Assembly (NCBI GenBank): GCA_942492995.1
Contig: OW818653.1
Coordinates: 180,001 to 212,000, forward strand
Direction of reading: 5' to 3'
Length of the DNA stretch: 32,000 nucleotides
From: an uncultured Erysipelotrichaceae bacterium
GTDB lineage: Bacteria > Bacillota_I > Bacilli_A > Erysipelotrichales > Erysipelotrichaceae
Below, piece after piece: positions 24,539-32,000 of the stretch. Position 1 is the stretch's first letter. Every line of letters starts with the position of its first letter. Both the position numbers and the translations under genes were made by a program. Under the pieces are notes generated by a model. That model saw nothing but the letters and a program-made list of their open reading frames with translations, ran no database searches and was not told where the DNA came from.

Positions 24539-26215
24539 ATGATAAAAAGAACCTATCAACATCAACTTAGAATTCAATTTCTATTAACAAGTTTAGTACC
24601 AATTTTTATTTTACTGGTACTTTTTGGATTATTTACCTATTTTTCTAGTGAATACAATACTTACATTGACTCAAAGAATGCTGTAGAAGATATTAATCAG
24701 GTTATGAGAACCATATATTTGGACTTTAATAATTTTGTGTTCAATTTAGAGGAAAGTGAAGAAGTTACTGAATTTTTGGAAAATGATGCTTCTTCAAATA
24801 TTATGTATTCAAAGTATTATGGTTTTATTAGTGAAAACGATATTGATTCTGAGATGTTCGTTTATGATAAAACCAATACTTTAAAATTCAGTAGTATAAA
24901 TAGTGAATACATCGATGCTCAAGTATCAACTATCAATCAATTAATGATTTCACGCTTTAAAGGCGCGGAAATAGAAATGACTACGGGTAATTTCATTTTA
25001 TCTAACTATTTTAATGATTATTCAACACATATCATTGCTGGCAAAATAGGTGAAAATGAAACGTTAGGTTATGTACTTTACTATATTAATGCTTCTCAAT
25101 TAAATCAGTTAATCGATGATACGCAAATTGATTATGTTATTGTAACGGATAAGTTTAATAATATTATTTCAACTTCGAATAATCAGTTTTATAATTCTTC
25201 GAATAAATTAATCTTTAAGAATAATGACAAAATAACATTAGGAAATGGATTAAGTTATAAAATCAATGTAAGTAAAAATGATATTTATAATTATAAAGTC
25301 TATACGTTAATCTATGTGCCAGATTTTTGGGAAGAGTATTTAATTGGATTTTCATTAGTACTATTTAGTAGTTTTCTCTTAATTTTATTGGTATTAAGAC
25401 TTGCTAAAAATATGGCATTGAATAATTCAAAATCTATTGATGAATTACTTATAACTGTTAATAAAATTAAAAAAGGTGACTTAAATGCACGTGCGCAATT
25501 AAACACGAATGATGAGTTTGAATTGTTAGCTAATCAATTTAATAATATGGTTGTCGCATTAAATGATTCGATGAATAAAAATATTGAGTTGAATATTTTA
25601 AGAACACAGGCGGAGAAGAAACAATTAATCGCTCAATTTAATCCGCATTTCTTATTCAATACATTAGAAACGATTCGTTATTTAATTATGATAAAACCTG
25701 ATGAAGCATCTGGATTAATCTTGAAGACAACACAATTATTGAGATATAGTCTACATCAAGCTGATGAACTGGTGTTATTAAAGAATGATTTAGAATATAC
25801 ACAGCTATATTGTGATATTCAGAAAACTCGTTTTGCTGAAAAATTTGATTATTCGTTTGAGTTAAGTGAATTAATCCTCAATCAACGCATTCCCAAGCTT
25901 ATGTTACAACCAATTATTGAGAACAGTATAATACATGGGTTTCAGAAGAAAAATCACCTAATGGTACATATTGAAGGTCATATAGAGAATGAGCGAGTGA
26001 TGATAACAATTAGAGATAATGGATTTGGAATAAGCGAAGATAAACTGATGGAAATACATGAAATGATTAAAAACAAAAATAATAGTTCAACACATCAAGG
26101 GATTTACAATGTGTTTAAACGATTATATTTAGTTTATGAAGATGATTTGGTTTTCACAATAGAGAGCAATGATTCAGGAACGAAAATACTTGTATCGTTT
26201 CCAAGAGGTAGTTAA
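24539..26215 (+). CDS. sensor histidine kinase, YesM-like (two TM, extracytoplasmic domain, HAMP, His_kinase, HATPase)
   Basis: The HAMP-like segment is IKKGDLNARAQLNTNDEFELLANQFNNMV. The PF06580-type H-box is QFNPHFLFNTLETIRYL and the ATPase N-box is QPIIENSIIHG. The start is uncertain, either ATG 24539 or TTG 24527. TGtTACAAT at 24514-24522 is upstream and there is no SD. Confidence 0.85.
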   Translation: MIKRTYQHQLRIQFLLTSLVPIFILLVLFGLFTYFSSEYNTYIDSKNAVEDINQVMRTIYLDFNNFVFNLEESEEVTEFLENDASSNIMYSKYYGFISENDIDSEMFVYDKTNTLKFSSINSEYIDAQVSTINQLMISRFKGAEIEMTTGNFILSNYFNDYSTHIIAGKIGENETLGYVLYYINASQLNQLIDDTQIDYVIVTDKFNNIISTSNNQFYNSSNKLIFKNNDKITLGNGLSYKINVSKNDIYNYKVYTLIYVPDFWEEYLIGFSLVLFSSFLLILLVLRLAKNMALNNSKSIDELLITVNKIKKGDLNARAQLNTNDEFELLANQFNNMVVALNDSMNKNIELNILRTQAEKKQLIAQFNPHFLFNTLETIRYLIMIKPDEASGLILKTTQLLRYSLHQADELVLLKNDLEYTQLYCDIQKTRFAEKFDYSFELSELILNQRIPKLMLQPIIENSIIHGFQKKNHLMVHIEGHIENERVMITIRDNGFGISEDKLMEIHEMIKNKNNSSTHQGIYNVFKRLYLVYEDDLVFTIESNDSGTKILVSFPRGS

Positions 26216-26995
26216 ATGTACAAAGTACTTGTAATAGAAGATGAAAGAATAATTCGTGAGGGTTTGATATTAGCAATTCCATGGTTAAAACTTGAATGCG
26301 AAGTAATCGCACAAGCCAGTGATGGAGAAGAAGGAATAAAATACATTAAGAAGTTTGAACCTGATTTAGTTATTTGTGATATTAATATGCCAATTATTAA
26401 TGGTTTAGAAATGATAAAACGAACCATAAATGAAATGAATTATAAAGCTATTATTATTTCTGGATATAGTGAATTTAGTTACGCTCAAGAGGCAATGAAA
26501 TATGGGATTCAAGAATATATTTTAAAACCAGTAAATCATGTTGAACTAACTTACGCAATCGAGCGATTGATAAATCAAATTAAAGAAAGAAATACATATC
26601 AAGAATTAATTAACCGACTTGAGAATAAAATGAACATAATTGAATTTAAAGATGATAATGAAGTTAGCTGGGTTGTACGAAAAATGATTGATTTTGTAAA
26701 AGAAAACTATGCTAAAAAGATTATTATGTTAGATTTAGTTGATATTTGTAGACAAAGTGCAACATCACTCCATCAAGCATTTAAGAAGGAGACTGGATAT
26801 ACATTTAATCAATTCTTGAATAGATATCGAATACAAATGGTGATCACTGAAATTGTTAAGGATCAATTACCAATTCACGCTATTGCATTAAAATGCGGGT
26901 ATTCTGATATGAAGTATTTCTATGAAGTATTTAAAAAGATTACAGATCATTCACCTAGTGAGATTAAAAAAATAGTCGACTTACGAATTAAGTGA
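26216..26995 (+). CDS. response regulator with AraC-type HTH output (YesN-like)
   Basis: The receiver region is MYKVLVIEDE...DLVICDINMP...K. The C-terminal AraC HTH is IALKCGYSDMKYFYEVFKKITDHSPSEIKK. The ATG directly abuts the kinase stop and an AGAGG SD is present. Confidence 0.9.
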   Translation: MYKVLVIEDERIIREGLILAIPWLKLECEVIAQASDGEEGIKYIKKFEPDLVICDINMPIINGLEMIKRTINEMNYKAIIISGYSEFSYAQEAMKYGIQEYILKPVNHVELTYAIERLINQIKERNTYQELINRLENKMNIIEFKDDNEVSWVVRKMIDFVKENYAKKIIMLDLVDICRQSATSLHQAFKKETGYTFNQFLNRYRIQMVITEIVKDQLPIHAIALKCGYSDMKYFYEVFKKITDHSPSEIKKIVDLRIK

Positions 26996-27005
26996 CTATT
27001 TTTTA
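26966..27005. terminator. weak A/T-rich hairpin between the convergent response-regulator and FNT genes
   Basis: AAAAAATAGTC, a 16-nt loop, then GACTATTTTTT. It spans the regulator stop codon. It is only a marginal terminator candidate. Confidence 0.3.
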
Positions 27006-27006
27006 A

Positions 27007-27774
27007 TTAATGTAATTTTGTTTCTGGTTTATAGATTAAATAAATTGGTAAGGCAAGTAAGACGGATCCACCTAAGATATTACCGAAAGTCGAAACAAGT
27101 AGATTCATAAAGACTTGAAAATAATTTAGGTTAACTCCAAATGCGGTCGCACCCATTGAGAATGTAACCATATTAGCGATACTATGATCGAACCCTGGAA
27201 GCACAAACGCAACAATTACCACAAAGAATACAATAACTTTAGCTGTTTCGCTCTTCATCTTATATGACAAGTATGTGGCGAGACAAACCACCAAGTTACA
27301 TAAGATACCACGAATGAACAATTGCGTGATATTAAAATCGAGTTTATAAACAAGGACTGATTCTAAGTAATCGATTAATGTATGAGATAAAGCACCACTT
27401 TGGATAAATAAGAAACCAATGATACCAGCTCCAACAAAATTACCGAAGTAACAAAGACCCCAACTTGGCAGAATTTCGATAAGCTTAAGTTTTTTTGTAT
27501 AAACAGGAATAATCGTCGTTAGGCAGTTTCCAGTAAACAATTCCGCATTTAGAAATACACAAAGAATAAACGCTAATCCAAATAATGACGCAAACGCTAT
27601 CTTACCTAACATAGGATCAATTTGTGACATAACACTTCCTAAAGAATAGGAAAGAATGCTTGCGACACCAAGATAAAAGCCAGCCATTACAGCTCTTAAG
27701 AAATATTTAAAAGGTTCACTTTTACTTAATTTTATTTTTTTTAATCCTGCTTCTTCTAGTAGTTCTAAATCCAT
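27007..27774 (-). CDS. formate/nitrite transporter (FNT) family channel
   Basis: It is a 6-TM protein with FNT-like blocks: FYLGVASILS, AELFTGN and a late PGFDHSIANM. I prefer ATG 27774 (MDLELLEEAG...) because GGAGG lies 5 nt upstream and a TTGATT-17-TAATAT promoter occupies the track N-terminal extension. Confidence 0.8.
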   Translation of the reverse strand: MDLELLEEAGLKKIKLSKSEPFKYFLRAVMAGFYLGVASILSYSLGSVMSQIDPMLGKIAFASLFGLAFILCVFLNAELFTGNCLTTIIPVYTKKLKLIEILPSWGLCYFGNFVGAGIIGFLFIQSGALSHTLIDYLESVLVYKLDFNITQLFIRGILCNLVVCLATYLSYKMKSETAKVIVFFVVIVAFVLPGFDHSIANMVTFSMGATAFGVNLNYFQVFMNLLVSTFGNILGGSVLLALPIYLIYKPETKLH

Positions 27775-27817
27775 ATGGACCTCCATTTTTATATGAATTA
27801 ATAATATATACTGAGTG

Positions 27818-27846
27818 ATATTAACATAGTGATTAATTCTAATCAA
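27818..27846 (-). promoter_or_regulatory. candidate promoter of the FNT gene
   Basis: The minus strand reads TTGATT (27846-27841), a 17-nt spacer, then TAATAT (27823-27818), with a TG extended element. Confidence 0.5.
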
Positions 27847-27897
27847 CTAGTCTTTTTTTGGTTTTTATTCAAAATGCTTAATTGAGAAGTGAAATAA

Positions 27898-27926
27898 TTG
27901 ATTTTAAATTATTTGAAGAGTATAGT
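27898..27926 (+). promoter_or_regulatory. candidate promoter of the b5-lipoprotein / four-His membrane protein operon
   Basis: TTGATT (27898-27903), a 17-nt spacer, then TATAGT (27921-27926). Confidence 0.45.
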
Positions 27927-27961
27927 TGCACTAATCATAAAGTCTAATTAAAGGAGAACAT

Positions 27962-28348
27962 ATGAAAAAGATTATATTAGCGATTAGTTTAAGTTTATTA
28001 TTATTAGGGTGTGCAACAACACCAGAACCAACTCAACCTAACACACCGGAACTACCAAATACAGACACAACGATTGATGAAGCAACAGGATTAAAAATTG
28101 ATGCGGAAACTGGATTATTACAAATGACGATTGAAGAACTGGCTCAATTTAATGGAAAAGATGGCGCGAAAGCCTTTGTGGCAATTGATGGTAATGTATA
28201 TGATGTAACTGGAAATCGTAAATGGCTAGATGGCAATCATGAACAAGGAATGACTGCTGGTAGAGATCTATCTGAGTTTATCTCAGGTGCTCCACATGGT
28301 TATGATATCCTAAAACAATTCACTATTGTTGGAAAGATTGTGGAATAA
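27962..28348 (+). CDS. lipoprotein with cytochrome b5-like haem/steroid-binding domain
   Basis: It has a signal peptide with lipobox LLGC (Cys17). The b5-like core is FNGKDGAKAFVAIDGNVYDVTGNRKWLDGNHEQGMTAGRDLSEFISGAPHG. An AAAGGAGA SD is present. Confidence 0.75.
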   Translation: MKKIILAISLSLLLLGCATTPEPTQPNTPELPNTDTTIDEATGLKIDAETGLLQMTIEELAQFNGKDGAKAFVAIDGNVYDVTGNRKWLDGNHEQGMTAGRDLSEFISGAPHGYDILKQFTIVGKIVE

Positions 28349-28350
28349 AT

Positions 28351-28782
28351 ATGAACTTTGAACGATCAGATTTAGGTGAATTAACAGGGCTGTTATTAAT
28401 TGGATTATTTATCCTATTGGGCTTCAGATATGTACTTAAGGCTTACTTCGTTGTTAACTCAAAGAAATTAGATAAAAAATCGAATTTCTACAAGACACTC
28501 GTTAAAGTTATGGCATTGAATAAGATGTTTCATCCATATTTAGGTTACGCCGCAATTATCTTAATTCTAACTCATTCCTATATTCAAACAGGTTGGCAAT
28601 TCTTTGCGGATAATGAAACATTAACAGGGTATATGACAGGAAGTTTGTTTATTCTAAATGTTGGGTCTGGATTTGTTGGCGATAAAATAATGAAAAAACC
28701 TAGACCATCATGGTGGATATGGGTTCATAGAATTCTAACTGTATTAATTGGAGTATCAATTCTTATACATATTAATCAATAA
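28351..28782 (+). CDS. small 4-TM membrane protein with two H-x13-H pairs (putative di-haem cytochrome b-like, DUF4405-like)
   Basis: Its ATG is 2 nt after the upstream stop. His61/His75 bracket one hydrophobic helix and His126/His140 bracket another, by hand count. Confidence 0.6.
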   Translation: MNFERSDLGELTGLLLIGLFILLGFRYVLKAYFVVNSKKLDKKSNFYKTLVKVMALNKMFHPYLGYAAIILILTHSYIQTGWQFFADNETLTGYMTGSLFILNVGSGFVGDKIMKKPRPSWWIWVHRILTVLIGVSILIHINQ

Positions 28783-28796
28783 TTGAATTAAACATA

Positions 28797-28852
28797 AAAT
28801 CTCTCTTATATGGATATTGTTAAATCAGATTCTATATAAAAGAGATTTTTTA
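28797..28852 (+). terminator. terminator-like long hairpin after the b5 operon
   Basis: AAAATCTCTCTTATAT, a roughly 22-nt loop, ATATAAAAGAGATTTT (one mismatch), then TTATT. Confidence 0.45.
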
Positions 28853-28928
28853 TTGTTTTATAACGTACTTTGCTTATTTAATTTGATTAAGTACTTATGT
28901 TATACTCAAATTAAAGAAGGAGATATCT

Positions 28929-29264
28929 ATGGAAAAACTCTATAAATGTGAAGTGTGTGGAATGGAATTAGAAGAAGGGCAATTAGAAGATAAATGTCCA
29001 AAATGTGGAGCTTTAAAAGAAAAATATCATGAAATGGCTGCAGAGGATGCTGAAAAAGTAAGAAGAAGTGAATATACGAATGATTTACATATTGAATTGA
29101 TCGATTTATTGAACCAAATTGAAGATATTTCAAACCTAGGAATCGAAGATAATTTAGATCCATCATGTGTTAATATTTTCAAACGTGCTAAAGCACATGC
29201 GTTATTGATGAAACAATATTGTAAAGCAGAAATCGTTGGACATATTGCTAAAGGTAAATGGTAA
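28929..29264 (+). CDS. small protein with N-terminal rubredoxin-like Cys4 knuckle and helical C-terminal part
   Basis: CEVC-x12-CPKC has the same spacing as the rubrerythrin/rubredoxin-type metal site. The roughly 80-aa C-terminal part looks helical. It has a strong AAGGAG SD. Confidence 0.65.
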   Translation: MEKLYKCEVCGMELEEGQLEDKCPKCGALKEKYHEMAAEDAEKVRRSEYTNDLHIELIDLLNQIEDISNLGIEDNLDPSCVNIFKRAKAHALLMKQYCKAEIVGHIAKGKW

Positions 29265-29277
29265 GAGGTTAATCCTA

Positions 29278-29306
29278 AAGGAATGTTAGAAATAACATTC
29301 CTTTTT
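29278..29306 (+). terminator. rho-independent terminator
   Basis: AAGGAATGTTA-GAAA-TAACATTCCTT is an 11-bp perfect stem with a GAAA loop, running into TTTTT. Confidence 0.8.
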
Positions 29307-29352
29307 AATTAGCTTAATTATTAGAATTATTTAAATAAACAATAAATACTTA

Positions 29353-29381
29353 TTGATAAACGATAAATATAGAGATATAAT
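29353..29381 (+). promoter_or_regulatory. near-consensus sigma-A promoter of the 414-aa membrane protein gene
   Basis: TTGATA (29353-29358), a 17-nt spacer, then TATAAT (29376-29381). It lies about 55 nt upstream of the ATG in an A/T-rich region. Confidence 0.6.
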
Positions 29382-29435
29382 GATTCTAGTTTAATAAATA
29401 CTCAATTTATTTAATCTTACAATAAGGAGAAAATT

Positions 29436-30680
29436 ATGGAGATTCAAAATGGTGTTATAGAGAATATAAATAATCCAATTGAACTAGAGAAGTTATATCG
29501 TGAAAGTCCAACAGACTTTAAACAATTATTCATTGACGCAATTAAATTACAACCTGAATCAGATGTATTAAAGGTATGGAATGTACGTTTAAATTATGAA
29601 CATTCTCAACCATCAAAGAAAATGAATATTCAAACGAATGATGTGTTAATAATGGGAATATTCGCAGTTTTATCGGGAATTATTACACGAGTACTCTTTT
29701 ACTTTATTGATTTAGGTATGATTTCTCCTGTAAATTTGGTTTTTGGAATTGTTCCATTATTAATGTTATATTTTGTTTGGATTAATAAACCTTCGAAAAA
29801 AATAAGTTTTATTTTATTTAGTATTTTATTATTTACAATTATTTTCGTTAATTTACTATCTACCAATATTAATGACGGAATTATACTATCATACTTACAT
29901 CTCCCAATTCTATTATGGATTCTGGTTGGGATTACGTTTGGAGGGAATGGATTTAAATCGGGAAATGCTAGATTGTCTTATTTAAAATTTAATGGTGAAT
30001 TCTTGATTTTATATGCGATTATGGCAATAAGTGGAATTATTCTTACAGGTATAACTATGCAGTTGTTTAGTGTAATTGATTTAGATATAGCAGAATTCTA
30101 TTTCTCAAATATTGTGTTGATAGGTGCAAGTTCATTGTTTTTTGTCGCAGTGTTCTTAGTTATTAAGAGTATTAATCTAACAAAAAATATTGCGCCATAT
30201 ATTGCGAAAATATTTAGTCCTTTAGTATTAATCACATTAGTTGTATACCTAATTACAGTTCTCATTATTGGTAAGAATCCATTTATAGACCGTGATTTCT
30301 TATTAACATTTAATGTAATATTAATTCTTGTTTTAGCAATCACAATATTCTCAATTACTGAACGTCAATCTCAAAATAAGTCCCTATCAGATATGATTAA
30401 TTTTATCTTAATTGTGATTGCGATTATTATAGATTCAATTGCTTTATCAGCTATTGTATTTAGATTAACATCCTATGGTATTACTCCAAATCGACTTGCA
30501 GTTCTAGGAATTAATGTGCTTATATTCGTTAATCTAATTTGGATTGTGTTCGCGTATTTTGGTTATCTAAAAGACAATAAACAAATTGAAACAGTGCAGA
30601 ATGCAGTTACGAACTATCTTCCATTCTATGGAATTTGGGCTGCACTTGTCACATTTATGTTTCCAATTGTGTTCAGATAA
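29436..30680 (+). CDS. polytopic membrane protein with about 65-aa soluble N-terminus (possibly DUF4153-like)
   Basis: It has an AAGGAGA SD, about 10 hydrophobic segments and no catalytic motifs I can recognise. The family name is from memory only. Confidence 0.55.
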   Translation: MEIQNGVIENINNPIELEKLYRESPTDFKQLFIDAIKLQPESDVLKVWNVRLNYEHSQPSKKMNIQTNDVLIMGIFAVLSGIITRVLFYFIDLGMISPVNLVFGIVPLLMLYFVWINKPSKKISFILFSILLFTIIFVNLLSTNINDGIILSYLHLPILLWILVGITFGGNGFKSGNARLSYLKFNGEFLILYAIMAISGIILTGITMQLFSVIDLDIAEFYFSNIVLIGASSLFFVAVFLVIKSINLTKNIAPYIAKIFSPLVLITLVVYLITVLIIGKNPFIDRDFLLTFNVILILVLAITIFSITERQSQNKSLSDMINFILIVIAIIIDSIALSAIVFRLTSYGITPNRLAVLGINVLIFVNLIWIVFAYFGYLKDNKQIETVQNAVTNYLPFYGIWAALVTFMFPIVFR

Positions 30681-30799
30681 ATCGAATATTAATTAATGTA
30701 TATGTATTTTATTTAGGTAATATAATGATCATTTAAGAGGTTTATCATAGCGATTTCATGAAAACCATTATACAATTCTAGTTAGATAAGAGGATGATT

Positions 30800-31825
30800 A
30801 TGAAACAGTTAACGATTGGGATTATTGGGAATGGAAAAAGTACAAATCGATATCAATTACCATACATTTTACAAAGGAAAGAACACTATAAAGTAAAAAC
30901 TATCTTCCAAAGAGATATTAGTAAATCTGATTGGGCAAGAATAGATGGAATTAACTATACGGATAATTTGGATGATTTGTTAAATGAACCAGAAATTGAA
31001 ATTGTTATATTAGCTATATCATCTAATGCACACTATGATATGGCCAAGAAGGTATTAGCCGCAAATAAACATTGTATCGTCGAGAAACCATTTACTGAGA
31101 CAATAGAACAAGCAAAAGAATTATATGCGATCGCAAAAGAGAAAAATTTAATCGTGCAATGTTATCAAAATAGACGATTTGATAGTGATCTCTTAACTGT
31201 TCAGAAAGTAATGGCTTCAAATGTATTAGGAGATATCCAGGAAATTGAAATGTCATTTGATTACTTTAGACCTGAGCGATCTGAACAATCCACTTCGTTT
31301 AGTAAGATTAACTCTTTCTTGTATGGACATGCTTGTCATTCACTGGATCAAGTCATATCTGTTTTTGGAAAACCTGATCGAGTTGTTTATGATGTTAGAC
31401 AATTACTTGGGGAAGGAAGATTGAATGATTACTTTGACATTGATTTGTTTTATGGATTACTTAAAGTATCAATTAAATCTAGTTTCTTTAGAGTAAAACC
31501 TAGACCAAGTTATGTCGTTTATGGTAAAAAAGGGATGTTTATAAAAGAGACAAAAGATAAACAAGAAGAACATTTAAAATTATTTATTTGGCCAAATGTA
31601 GAAGGATTTGGAGTAGATACTGTTAAAGAGTACGGTACATTAACGTATGTGGATAATGACAAGAATTTTCATGAAGAGAAGGTTGTCTCAGAAGTTGGAG
31701 ATTATGGTCGATATTATGATGCTTTGTATAACACTATCGTTTATGGAGCTGAAAAATTAGTCAAAGATGAAGAAACACTTTGGCAGTTGGAAATTCTTGA
31801 GACAGGAATTAGTGGATTAAAATAA
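30800..31825 (+). CDS. Gfo/Idh/MocA-family NAD(P)-dependent oxidoreductase
   Basis: The N-terminal Rossmann motif is IGIIGNGKST and a VEKPFT (EKP) motif is present. I prefer ATG 30800 because AGAGGA lies 5 nt upstream; the track ATG 30794 overlaps the SD. Confidence 0.8.
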   Translation: MKQLTIGIIGNGKSTNRYQLPYILQRKEHYKVKTIFQRDISKSDWARIDGINYTDNLDDLLNEPEIEIVILAISSNAHYDMAKKVLAANKHCIVEKPFTETIEQAKELYAIAKEKNLIVQCYQNRRFDSDLLTVQKVMASNVLGDIQEIEMSFDYFRPERSEQSTSFSKINSFLYGHACHSLDQVISVFGKPDRVVYDVRQLLGEGRLNDYFDIDLFYGLLKVSIKSSFFRVKPRPSYVVYGKKGMFIKETKDKQEEHLKLFIWPNVEGFGVDTVKEYGTLTYVDNDKNFHEEKVVSEVGDYGRYYDALYNTIVYGAEKLVKDEETLWQLEILETGISGLK

Positions 31826-31838
31826 AGATAAAAAGAAA

Positions 31839-31859
31839 GAAAACCATCGGTTTTCTTTT
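31839..31859. terminator. bidirectional terminator between the oxidoreductase gene and the convergent EamA-like gene
   Basis: GAAAACC-atc-GGTTTTC is flanked by an A-run upstream and TTTTA downstream. Confidence 0.6.
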
Positions 31860-31883
31860 ATATTAATTTATTTATTCAATTGA

Positions 31884-32000
31884 TTACTTTTTAGAGTAGT
31901 TCTCTCGTGTTACTATCGTATTATATACACTCACTGTTATTAAAACGATTAATCCACCAACAATCGCAAGAGGAGTAGGAATTTCACCTAACACAAGGAA
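31884..32000 (-). CDS. 3' end of a membrane transporter gene (EamA/DMT-like C-terminus), truncated by window edge
   Basis: My hand translation of the minus strand from the window edge gives FLVLGEIPTPLAIVGGLIVLITVSVYNTIVTRENYSKK*. GE.PT....GG.LI resembles the last TM of EamA-type proteins. It is not in the ORF track because it is short and partial. Confidence 0.4.
   Translation of the reverse strand, partial: FLVLGEIPTPLAIVGGLIVLITVSVYNTIVTRENYSKK

Noticed and set aside
27775-27846. A 24-codon N-terminal extension of the formate/nitrite transporter in the ORF track (MIRINHYVNITQYILLIHIKMEVH).
   Set aside because: GGAGG sits 5 nt upstream of the internal ATG 27774, and a TTGATT-17-TAATAT promoter candidate occupies the extension. 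The extension is not FNT-like.
28927-29166. A 79-aa minus-strand ORF opposite the rubredoxin-like gene.
   Set aside because: The plus-strand ORF has the strong AAGGAG SD, the Cys4 motif, a promoter and a terminator. The antisense ORF has none of these.
29310-29435. Repeated ATAAA(T/C) words (aaataaac, aataaatac, gataaac, gataaatat, taataaatac) upstream of the 414-aa membrane protein gene, as a possible operator array.
   Set aside because: The spacing is irregular and the words are simply A/T-rich. The region already contains a near-consensus TTGATA-17-TATAAT promoter, so UP-element-like A/T richness is a sufficient explanation.
187-30343. Short ORFs in the six-frame track that lie inside or antisense to longer genes: 187-384, 1275-1463, 3796-4011, 5123-5356, 7831-8037, 8030-8251, 9624-9821, 17300-17482, 20191-20412, 20367-20552, 22997-23212, 25312-25506, 26212-26427 and 30098-30343.
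   Set aside because: Each is fully embedded in a longer ORF that has recognisable family motifs and a proper SD. They have low-complexity, AT-driven composition (rich in I, L, F, N, K), no SD and no recognisable motifs, so I treat them as chance ORFs in AT-rich DNA.
680-30799. Upstream alternative starts used by the ORF track: GTG 680, TTG 12026, ATG 12066, TTG 22815, TTG 24527 and ATG 30794.
   Set aside because: In each case except 24527 a downstream ATG has a better-placed SD, or the upstream codon lies inside a terminator, promoter or the SD itself. For 24527 versus 24539 neither codon has an SD; the ATG is preferred only as the canonical start codon. The starts at 11996 and 24539 remain genuinely uncertain.
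1-32000. A search for CRISPR arrays, IS or transposon ends, integrases, phage genes, toxin-antitoxin pairs, tRNA/rRNA genes and large direct or inverted repeats.
   Set aside because: I saw no repeat-spacer periodicity, and no transposase, integrase or recombinase-like ORFs in any frame. No intergenic gap is long or GC-rich enough to hold a tRNA or rRNA. By-eye inspection cannot exclude short dispersed repeats, so a self-dot-plot would be the decisive check.

Overview
This is an AT-rich chromosomal segment, roughly 30% GC by eye (not computed). It looks like a low-GC Gram-positive (Bacillota-type) genome: AGGAGG-type Shine-Dalgarno sites, TTGACA/TATAAT-type promoters, lipoprotein lipoboxes and a class A PBP. 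I cannot assign a genus. I support 34 protein-coding genes, two of them cut by the window edges, in short operons on both strands. I found no rRNA, tRNA, CRISPR array, transposase, integrase or phage genes, so this looks like core or accessory metabolism rather than a mobile island. In window order the genes are:
- agmatinase (partial), a small membrane protein and an RluF-like pseudouridine synthase
- a tightly coupled three-gene operon: ICMT-like membrane methyltransferase, GH3-family amido synthetase, and a multi-TM/GAF/GGDVF/HD-GYP c-di-GMP protein
- a YtrA-type GntR plus ABC-2 exporter operon with a perfect 15-bp inverted-repeat operator
- an Fpg/Nei-like protein lacking the catalytic Pro2
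- two convergent MFS transporters sharing one terminator hairpin, and an orphan NifX-like protein
- a PBP1A-type gene with an Ig/cadherin-like C-terminal domain
- a cluster of two APH-fold kinases, a DUF3147-like membrane protein and a RibD_C-type reductase, then an SRPBCC protein
- an ECF sigma / anti-sigma pair preceded by a membrane protein with an extreme poly-Asp/Glu tail
- an Fe3+/polyamine-type ABC importer followed by a YesM/YesN-type two-component system
- a formate/nitrite transporter
- a cytochrome-b5-like lipoprotein coupled to a small four-His (2 x H-x13-H) membrane protein
- a mini rubredoxin-like protein, a large polytopic membrane protein, a Gfo/Idh/MocA oxidoreductase, and the 3' end of an EamA-like gene

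The best candidates for undescribed biology are three modules: the ICMT-like/GH3/c-di-GMP operon (1881-6687), the b5-lipoprotein plus putative di-haem membrane pair (27962-28782), and the ECF module with polyanionic extracytoplasmic tails (18265-20509). All family assignments come from motif recognition by eye. No database search was run.
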